Shown piece by piece: positions 19,112 through 27,056 of a DNA stretch of 64,000 nt (its first letter is position 1; the number at the start of each line of letters is the position of its first letter). The notes under the pieces are model-generated. The model was not told where the DNA came from. It did not search any database and saw only the letters and a program-made list of their open reading frames with translations. This stretch comes from Eubacteriales bacterium (GTDB taxonomy: Bacteria; Bacillota; Clostridia; Oscillospirales; CAG-272). The position numbers and the translations under genes were made by a program. The stretch covers positions 23,289 to 87,288 of the forward strand of contig JAZPYB010000025.1 in NCBI GenBank assembly GCA_045543955.1, given 5' to 3'.

Positions 19112-22100
19112 ATGAGAAAGAAAGCGAAAAAGCTACTTGCATTTTTACTTTGTCTTATCATGCTAGTGCCGACTATGGGCTTGTCAGCATTTGCATCAAG
19201 CATAACAAGTAGCTCAAGTGGAAGCTCGTCTTCCCAATCGTCAATTTCTGACATCAGTGCTATTCTTAATGCTTTGTCTTATGACGAGTATCGAGAGAAT
19301 GTTTTGAGTAAGCACAACACCGTTGGAAACTTGACATTATACTCTCAACTCGGCGAGGAGCTTGGTACGGCTACTGTCGTAGATGGGGTGGCTTCCGTTT
19401 TAGTTTATAACGGAGTCGAATATAACCTTAAAAAGCAAGGAAAGAGTACTTATGTTACACTCAGTGGTACATATGTTGGCTCAGCTAAGCTTAAATCAGA
19501 AGGCGCGGTGTCAGAGTATGAGATAACTGTTACCTTTGATGCTGACAAGAGAACGGCTAAAATTGTTGAATCTGTTGAGGTAACCAAAAAGGGAAAAACA
19601 ACAGCCAAGGAAACAACAGTTAATGCTGTCTACAATTTAGTCGATACAATCGAGCTTGTTATGGACCCTAAATTCAGCAATCAATTTGATTTGCTAGAGG
19701 GTGTATACGTAGTTGATGGTAAAGAAATTATTTTGGCTAACGATACAGACAGAATAAAGGAAAACGTTTGCTTTGGGGATAAAACAGGTGACGACAATGG
19801 CGTTTATCTTGGCTCAACTGGTGTAGTTACATGGAGCTTTGATGTTCCGGAAAATATGAGTGGTAACTATGTAATTGAGATAAAATATACTCAAGCAATG
19901 GCAGACGATGTTCTCGATGGAGATAGCAAGCCTACAAGTAACTCTATTGAGAGAATATTCTACCTAAATGGTGAAATTCCATTTTCTGAGGCACGCTCAC
20001 TTGTGCTTTCAAAGGTATGGCAATACGAATATCAATATGATGAAAACCACAAACCTACCTTTAAAAATGAAGATGAGAACGGAAAAGGCGATGATATTCG
20101 TCCTTCAGTTATTGAGGACCAAAGCTGGGTAACATATTCTATTAGCGATTCAAACGGTTATGAAATGTATCCATTTGAATTCTATATTAAGCCTGGTGTA
20201 AACACAATCTCCTTAGAGGGACAAAGAGAGGGTATCATTATCCAATCTATTACCTTACGCCCACAAGACAACCTTAAATCTTATAGCCAATATAAGAAAG
20301 AAATGGAAGCTCTTTATGGCAAGATGGAGGACCACAGAGTAAGTGTTGATTTGGATGTTATTGAGGCTGAGGGCCCGGAAAACGTTTCAGCAGTTACAAT
20401 GTATCCTGTATATGATAGAACATCCTCAATCACAAGTGGATTGACAGGTCCACAAAGTGAATCAGCAGTTAAGTATAATACTGCTGGTAAGGAGCAATGG
20501 CAAAACGTTGGCGAGTGGATGAGCTATAATATTACTGTTCCAGAATCAGGCTACTACTCAATTGCAGTAAGATATAAACAAGCACTTCTTAGTGGTATGT
20601 ATGTTTCAAGAAAGCTTTATATAAATGGAGAGATTCCATTCGAAGAGGCAACAAACTGTCGTTTCCCATATACAAGCTCTTGGCAAACCTGTTTCCTAGG
20701 CGACGGCAATACTGAGTTTGAATTTTACTTTGAAAAGGGTAAGGTTTATGAAATTAAGCTTGAGGCAACCCTCGGCGAAATGGGTGAGCAAATCAAGCAA
20801 GTAAGCAAATCACTTACTGAAATAAACAAGGCATACCTCGAAATTCTAAAGCTCACAGGTACAGACCCAGATCCTAACCGTTCATACGGCTTTACACGTG
20901 TTATGCCACACGTTCTTGAGAGTATGCTTATCGAAGCTCAAAATCTTGAGGGCGTATATAATTATATGATAGCAGAGAACAAGGCGCAGGATGGTGGTAC
21001 TGGTGAAGGTGAAAAGACTGCAACCATTAAGCAAGTTTACCAGCTTCTTGAAAAAATGGCGACAAATGAGTCCGAAATTCCTGCAAATCTAGCAACATTG
21101 AAATCACAAATCGGTTCTTTAGGTACATGGATTAATAGCGCAAAAACCCAACCTCTACAAGTTGACTACTATAAGCTTCAATCAAGAGAGGATGAGTTAC
21201 CTAAGGCTGATGCAAACTTCTTCCAAGCTCTTTGGTTTGAAATCAAGCTATTCTTCGCTTCATTCGCGGGCGACTATAATGCTATGGATAGTGAAACAGC
21301 AGGCGGCAATGCTGAAGAAGTAATTGAAGTCTGGGTTGTTACCGGACGTGACCAAGCACAAATTATAAGAAACCTCATTGAAAATAAATTCACACCAGAA
21401 CAAAAAATCGGCGTTAACATTAAGCTCATATCAGGAGGAACTCTATTGCCTTCAATTATTGCTGGCGTAGGTCCTGAGGTTTCGCTTATGGAGGCAAGCG
21501 CAACAATTATCGACTATGCTCTCCGTAATGCAATTAAGCCTCTAAACGATTACGTTAACGAGGATATTAAAAATGGTACAAATATATTAGATGAATTCCC
21601 AGAGGCAGCAATTGAGCCACTTACACTTTATAACTTTGGTTATGATGATACTAAGGGCGTTTTAGAGGATTCAAATACATATAATTGGAAGGAAGAGGAT
21701 CTCTATCTGTGGAGAGACGATGCTACAAGCATTGTTAACGGAAAAGAGGTTAATTACCTTGTTGATAAGAATAATGTAAATGACCCATTTGATGATGCAA
21801 AGTATGGCTACAACTGGAAGAATGATGATGGACACACAGGTATTGAGCTTTATGCATTGCCTGATACACTTTCATTCTCAATGATGTTCTATCGTGAGGA
21901 TATATTTGCAAACCTAGAGCTTGATGTTCCAAAGACATGGGACGATATGCTCGCAATTCTTCCTATTCTTCAATATAATAATATGGAGCTAGGTATCCAA
22001 AACGATGCATACACATTTATGTATCAAAATGGAAATGAAGCATACTCAAACAACGGTATGACTATCAACTTCGATTCAAAGGGCGTTCTTAACTCCTTTG

Positions 22101-22807
22101 AAACAATGTGTAACTACTATACACAATATTCACTTCCATACACATATGATTTCGCAAACCGTTTCCGTACAGGTGAAATGCCAATCGGTATTGCTCCATA
22201 TACAACATGTAACCAGCTATCAGTCTTTGCGTCTGAGCTTTCAGGTCTTTGGACATTCGTTAAGCTCCCTGGCGAGGTTGTAGTTGATGAAAACGGCAAG
22301 GAAATCCTTGATGGAAATGGAAATATTCAAATTAACAGAAACGCAATAGCAACTGTTACAGGCTGTGTTATGATTGATAATGGCAACAGCACTGAACAAC
22401 AGAAGAGAGATAATGCTGCATGGAAATTTATGAAGTGGTACACAGGAAATGAATTCCAAGCAGATTATTCAAATGGCGTAGTTTCTATTATGGGTATCGC
22501 GGCAAGACCTGCAACCGCAAATAGAATCGCCCTTGAGGAATTACCTTGGACAGCAAAGGAAAAGGCTAATATCCTTGACCAATTCAACAACCTTGTGGCA
22601 GTTCCAAACCATCCAGGTAGCTACTATTTAGCTCGTTATGTCAACTTCGCATTCCTAGCTGCATACAACGAAGGAGAGGATGCATCTGATGCACTTCTTG
22701 GCTACGTTACAACTATCAATGCAGAAATTGAGAGAAGACGTGAAGAGTTTGGTATGCTCAAATTCAAGGATTATCAAAAAATTAATAGCGACGGAAAGCT
22801 AGATTAA
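19112..22807 (+). CDS. Giant secreted ABC substrate-binding protein with two N-terminal CBM-like beta-sandwich modules
   Basis: The signal peptide ends at SAFA|SS, has no lipobox, and is followed by a Ser-rich linker. Two paralogous modules lie at about 19820-20270 and 20357-20775; both contain Y.I.(IK/VR)Y.QA and (F/L)Y(L/I)NGEIPF(S/E)EA. A helical linker follows. The C-terminal roughly 500 aa (from about 21316) look like a family-1 extracellular solute-binding protein. Confidence 0.75.
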   Translation: MRKKAKKLLAFLLCLIMLVPTMGLSAFASSITSSSSGSSSSQSSISDISAILNALSYDEYRENVLSKHNTVGNLTLYSQLGEELGTATVVDGVASVLVYNGVEYNLKKQGKSTYVTLSGTYVGSAKLKSEGAVSEYEITVTFDADKRTAKIVESVEVTKKGKTTAKETTVNAVYNLVDTIELVMDPKFSNQFDLLEGVYVVDGKEIILANDTDRIKENVCFGDKTGDDNGVYLGSTGVVTWSFDVPENMSGNYVIEIKYTQAMADDVLDGDSKPTSNSIERIFYLNGEIPFSEARSLVLSKVWQYEYQYDENHKPTFKNEDENGKGDDIRPSVIEDQSWVTYSISDSNGYEMYPFEFYIKPGVNTISLEGQREGIIIQSITLRPQDNLKSYSQYKKEMEALYGKMEDHRVSVDLDVIEAEGPENVSAVTMYPVYDRTSSITSGLTGPQSESAVKYNTAGKEQWQNVGEWMSYNITVPESGYYSIAVRYKQALLSGMYVSRKLYINGEIPFEEATNCRFPYTSSWQTCFLGDGNTEFEFYFEKGKVYEIKLEATLGEMGEQIKQVSKSLTEINKAYLEILKLTGTDPDPNRSYGFTRVMPHVLESMLIEAQNLEGVYNYMIAENKAQDGGTGEGEKTATIKQVYQLLEKMATNESEIPANLATLKSQIGSLGTWINSAKTQPLQVDYYKLQSREDELPKADANFFQALWFEIKLFFASFAGDYNAMDSETAGGNAEEVIEVWVVTGRDQAQIIRNLIENKFTPEQKIGVNIKLISGGTLLPSIIAGVGPEVSLMEASATIIDYALRNAIKPLNDYVNEDIKNGTNILDEFPEAAIEPLTLYNFGYDDTKGVLEDSNTYNWKEEDLYLWRDDATSIVNGKEVNYLVDKNNVNDPFDDAKYGYNWKNDDGHTGIELYALPDTLSFSMMFYREDIFANLELDVPKTWDDMLAILPILQYNNMELGIQNDAYTFMYQNGNEAYSNNGMTINFDSKGVLNSFETMCNYYTQYSLPYTYDFANRFRTGEMPIGIAPYTTCNQLSVFASELSGLWTFVKLPGEVVVDENGKEILDGNGNIQINRNAIATVTGCVMIDNGNSTEQQKRDNAAWKFMKWYTGNEFQADYSNGVVSIMGIAARPATANRIALEELPWTAKEKANILDQFNNLVAVPNHPGSYYLARYVNFAFLAAYNEGEDASDALLGYVTTINAEIERRREEFGMLKFKDYQKINSDGKLD

Positions 22808-22838
22808 TTCTAAAATACTAGAGAAGGAGAATATGTAA

Positions 22839-23873
22839 ATGGCAAAACGTAAAGAAAATTTGCAAAATAAGGCTGAAAACGTTGAACAAGCCGAAGCTGT
22901 ACATAATGATAGTGTTTTAGAAGAATCCAAGGGCGGCAAGAAAAAGGCCGTTGCAAGAAAAGATATGACTATGTTCCAATGGACAATCCATGAAATGAAG
23001 AGACATAAAATCGCGTATTTTATGATTGCTCCTTTTATGCTTGTGTTTATTCTTTTCACTGTTTTCCCCGTTGTACTATCACTCGTACTAAGCTTTACAA
23101 ACTTTAATATGCTCGAGTTCAAATGGGACATGTTTATAGGTATTAAAAACTATACAAGACTATTCTTTGAGGATGATATATTCCTCCTCGCTTGCAAAAA
23201 TACATTAGTTTTTGCGGCAATTACCGGTCCTGTTTCCTATATTCTTTCGTTCCTTGTTGCATGGTTCATCAATGAGCTATCACCAAGAATTAGAGCAATT
23301 GTAACACTTATCTTCTATGCACCATCAATCTCAGGCTCTGTATATCTCATTTGGGGTACACTTTTCTCAAATGACGGACAGGGATGGGTTAACGGTACAC
23401 TTATGAAGCTAAATATCATAGATGCGCCGATTCTTTGGTTCTATGATGAAAGATATGCAATGACACTTTGTATCGTAGTTGCACTTTGGATGTCGCTCGG
23501 TACAGCATTCCTCTCGTTCATCGCCGGTCTTCAAACAGTTGACAAGAGCTTGTTTGAGGCAGCCGCGGTTGACGGTATCAAAAACAGATGGCAAGAGCTA
23601 TGGTTTATTACCTTGCCAATGATGCGACCACAGCTTATGTTCGGTGCCGTAATGTCAATTACAGGTGCGTTCGGCTTTGGTGGCGTTGTAACCGCACTTT
23701 GTGGCTTCCCATCAGTAAACTATTCGTGTCATACGATTATGCACTGCTTGGAGGACTACGGAAACCAACGTTGGGAAGTAGGATATGCTTCCGCTATTGC
23801 GTTCGTTTTATTCATTGTAATGATGGGTGCAAACGTTCTGGTTAATAAAATGCTTTCGAAGGTGGGACAATGA
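22839..23873 (+). CDS. Sugar ABC transporter permease, MalF-like (pair 1)
   Basis: It has 6 predicted TM segments, the EAA loop EAAAVDGIKNRWQELWFITLPMMRP, and an N-terminal cytoplasmic extension of about 55 aa. Confidence 0.88.
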   Translation: MAKRKENLQNKAENVEQAEAVHNDSVLEESKGGKKKAVARKDMTMFQWTIHEMKRHKIAYFMIAPFMLVFILFTVFPVVLSLVLSFTNFNMLEFKWDMFIGIKNYTRLFFEDDIFLLACKNTLVFAAITGPVSYILSFLVAWFINELSPRIRAIVTLIFYAPSISGSVYLIWGTLFSNDGQGWVNGTLMKLNIIDAPILWFYDERYAMTLCIVVALWMSLGTAFLSFIAGLQTVDKSLFEAAAVDGIKNRWQELWFITLPMMRPQLMFGAVMSITGAFGFGGVVTALCGFPSVNYSCHTIMHCLEDYGNQRWEVGYASAIAFVLFIVMMGANVLVNKMLSKVGQ

Positions 23874-23874
23874 T

Positions 23875-24747
23875 ATGCAAAAAATGAGAGTTAGAAATCA
23901 TCAAGTTGTCCTCAACCGTTCGAAGGGTGGAGACGCAGGAATATTTATCTTCCTTGCAATAATGGGAGTATTTATGTTCTTGCCAATGGTATATGTTGTA
24001 ATGCAGTCGTTAAAGCCTCTTGACGAATTATGGATGTTCCCACCAAGATTTTATGTTGTAAATCCAACATTTAAAAACTTTTCCGATTTGTTTACACTTT
24101 TAAGCGATTCTTGGGTACCTTTCTCAAGATACATATTTAACACAGTGTTTATTACAGCCGCAGGTACATTTGGAAACTTGCTTTTCAGCTCACTTGCTGC
24201 TTATGCAATTTCCAAAATCCCATTCCCGGGAAGACGTGGTGTGTTCTGGATTATTCAGCGTTCACTTATGTTTACTTCGACAGTAACAGCAATTGCTAAC
24301 TTCCTAACACTATCAACACTCGGACTTATGGATAACCCATTTGCACTTATCATTCCTGCATGGGGCTCATCTATGGGACTTTACCTTATGAAGCAGTTTA
24401 TGGACTCCTCAATCTCAGACTCCGTGCTTGAAAGCGCGCGTCTTGATGGATGTAGTGAGTTTAGAACCTTCTGGGTAATCGCTATGCCAATGGTTAAGCC
24501 TGCATGGCTAACACTTATTATTTATTCATTCCAAGGACTTTGGAATACAGGTGCTTCAGCTTACATTTATAGTGAACAGCTAAAGACACTTAACTACGCT
24601 ATTGGACAAATCACAGCCGGTGGTATTGCTCGTGCTGGTGCGTCCGCTGCTGGTACAGTTATTATGATGCTTGTGCCAATTTTAGTATTCGTTATTTCAC
24701 AAAGTAACATTATTGAAACAATGGCATCAAGTGGTATGAAGGATTAA
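23875..24747 (+). CDS. Sugar ABC transporter permease, MalG-like (pair 1)
   Basis: It has the EAA loop ESARLDGCSEFRTFWVIAMPMVKP. I chose the ATG at 23875, directly after the upstream stop. The ORF-track start at 23827 lies inside the previous gene. Confidence 0.88.
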   Translation: MQKMRVRNHQVVLNRSKGGDAGIFIFLAIMGVFMFLPMVYVVMQSLKPLDELWMFPPRFYVVNPTFKNFSDLFTLLSDSWVPFSRYIFNTVFITAAGTFGNLLFSSLAAYAISKIPFPGRRGVFWIIQRSLMFTSTVTAIANFLTLSTLGLMDNPFALIIPAWGSSMGLYLMKQFMDSSISDSVLESARLDGCSEFRTFWVIAMPMVKPAWLTLIIYSFQGLWNTGASAYIYSEQLKTLNYAIGQITAGGIARAGASAAGTVIMMLVPILVFVISQSNIIETMASSGMKD

Positions 24748-24756
24748 GGAGGTATT

Positions 24757-27045
24757 ATGAAAAGATTTGCTAAAATAGTAGCATTTATGTTTGCTTTCAT
24801 TTTGCTTCTTGCTCCTTGTGCTATGGCAGCTACCCCTTATGAAACATATACATACTCAATCAATGGCGAGGTTCTTGAATCTCCCGATGCGTATGTTCCT
24901 GATGGAGTTGCTCCAATCAACTCAGCAACCATTGGACTAGAAAATCTAGGTGGTGTTGAGTTTAACGACTTAACAGACATAGAAGCTGATGATTTCGGTA
25001 ATATTTATATTTCTGATTCTAAAAACAACAGAATTGTTGTTGTTGATAAAAACTACAAATTTAAAGCAATTATCAAGGACTTCGTAAACAGCGACGGTGT
25101 TGAGGATACATTTAGTAATCCTGTAAGCACCTTTACAGTTAGTGAGGGAAACTATAAAGGGCTTTATGTTTGTGATAAAGATAACAAGAGAATTGTTAAG
25201 TTTTCAATAAATGAAAATAATGAAGGAACTGTATATGAGTTTGATAGAGCTTTTAAAGAGCCACATATCAATTTCTCAGGAGAGAATAGCTCATATCAGC
25301 CTATCAGCTGTGTTGTTGATAAGCACGGTAGAATGTATGTTGTTTCAGCCGGAACAACAGAAGGTATCGTGGTTCTTACAAGTGAAGGCGAGTTTATCAA
25401 CTTTATCGGTGCGCCAAAGGTAAGCGTTTCTGCTTTACAAGCGGTAATTCAAACAATCAATCCTTGGTCAACACTCGAGTTTGTAAACGTACCAACAACC
25501 TACTCAAACCTTGAGCTTGATAGAACATACGGCGACTTTGTTTATGGTACTATCATCTATAACTCAGAGGATGAGAACTCACAGCTAACACAAATAACAA
25601 GTAAAGTAACCGATTATTCTCCAGTTAAGCTTTTGAATGCCGGTGGTACTGATATTATGCAACGTACAGGCTTCTTTGCTCCGGCGGGCGAGGTTGCAGT
25701 TGAATTGAATACCAAAATCACAGCGGCAAACAAGGGTGCACCAACAGGTGTGTCACACGTAATTGATATAACAAGTGGCCCTGATGGAGTATGGTCAATT
25801 CTTGACAACAAGCGTGGTAAGATTTATACATACGACCGTTCTGGCAACTTGCTTTACATTTTCGGCGACATTGGAGAGCAATTTGGACAGCTTACTCAAT
25901 CTGATAAGGGTGCAGGTCATGCAATTACATATCAAATATATGATGTGGATCAAACAACAGTTGATGAAGCTGGAAACACTGTTATTAAGCCAACTAAAGT
26001 TACAAAGCTAGTAGTACTTGACCGTTCAAACGCTTCATTAGTTGTATATAGACAGACAGAATATGCTGAAGTTCTTGCAAACGCAATCAAGCTCCAAAAC
26101 GATGGTGAATTTGATAAGGCGGCAGGTGCTTGGAAAGAAGTATTAGCAAGAAACAACAACTTCGATACCGCTTATGTTGAAATGGGTAAAGCATTATACC
26201 GTAACGCAGGCGATAATGATGCAGAACTAAAACAAGCACTTGAATATTTCCAAAATGCATATGATACAGAAAACTATGCAACAGTATTTAAAGCAATACG
26301 TGCAAACATAATGGAAAGATACTTTATATTCCTTGTAATCGGAATAATAGTTCTTCTATTTGTTGTTATCAAGGTGTTTGGTTATGCTGGCAAGGTTAAC
26401 AAGGCAGCAGCAACTAAGGGCGGCAAACGCTCACTCAAGGAAGAGTTAACATACGGATTCCATATCATATTCCATCCATTTGATGGCTATTGGGATTTGA
26501 AAAAGGAAAAGAGAGGCTCAATGAGAGCATCAATTATCTTCCTTATTATTACAGTATTAGCAATTTATTATCAAGGCATTGGTCAAGGCTATTATTATAA
26601 GCCACAAGGCTCAACAGCTACGATAATTTCACAAGCTGCAACCGTTCTTATCCCATTCTTCCTATGGGTGGTTTCCAACTGGTGCTTCACAACACTTTTC
26701 GATGGAGAAGGAAGCTTTAAGGACATTTTCATTGCTTCAGCATACGCACTATTCCCAGTTCCTATCTTTGTAATTGTATCTACAATTTTAACACAAGTAT
26801 TAGTAGGAACAGAATCACAAATTCCAGCACTTATCGTGTCAGTAGCATACATCTGGATGGCATTCCTTATTATTATCGGTATGCAGGTTACACACGATTA
26901 CTCAATGGGTAAAAACATAGTTACAGTAATAGCTACACTAGCTGGTATGGTTATCATAATGTTTATTATTGTACTATTCATCACACTTATTTCTAAGATG
27001 TCATCATTTGTAACAACAATTACAAGTGAAATAAGCTACAGGTAG
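24757..27045 (+). CDS. Secreted NHL-repeat beta-propeller plus TPR-like region fused to a C-terminal Yip1-type polytopic membrane domain
   Basis: The signal peptide ends at CAMA|AT. NHL-like blades include NRIVVVDKNYKF, KRIVKFS, GRMYVVSAGTTEGIVVLTSEGEFINFIG and GKIYTYDRSGNLLYIFG. A TPR-like stretch (DKAAGAWKEVLARNNNFDTAYVEMGKALY) follows. About 6 hydrophobic segments start at aa 519. Confidence 0.7.
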   Translation: MKRFAKIVAFMFAFILLLAPCAMAATPYETYTYSINGEVLESPDAYVPDGVAPINSATIGLENLGGVEFNDLTDIEADDFGNIYISDSKNNRIVVVDKNYKFKAIIKDFVNSDGVEDTFSNPVSTFTVSEGNYKGLYVCDKDNKRIVKFSINENNEGTVYEFDRAFKEPHINFSGENSSYQPISCVVDKHGRMYVVSAGTTEGIVVLTSEGEFINFIGAPKVSVSALQAVIQTINPWSTLEFVNVPTTYSNLELDRTYGDFVYGTIIYNSEDENSQLTQITSKVTDYSPVKLLNAGGTDIMQRTGFFAPAGEVAVELNTKITAANKGAPTGVSHVIDITSGPDGVWSILDNKRGKIYTYDRSGNLLYIFGDIGEQFGQLTQSDKGAGHAITYQIYDVDQTTVDEAGNTVIKPTKVTKLVVLDRSNASLVVYRQTEYAEVLANAIKLQNDGEFDKAAGAWKEVLARNNNFDTAYVEMGKALYRNAGDNDAELKQALEYFQNAYDTENYATVFKAIRANIMERYFIFLVIGIIVLLFVVIKVFGYAGKVNKAAATKGGKRSLKEELTYGFHIIFHPFDGYWDLKKEKRGSMRASIIFLIITVLAIYYQGIGQGYYYKPQGSTATIISQAATVLIPFFLWVVSNWCFTTLFDGEGSFKDIFIASAYALFPVPIFVIVSTILTQVLVGTESQIPALIVSVAYIWMAFLIIIGMQVTHDYSMGKNIVTVIATLAGMVIIMFIIVLFITLISKMSSFVTTITSEISYR

Positions 27046-27056
27046 GAGGGCCAATT

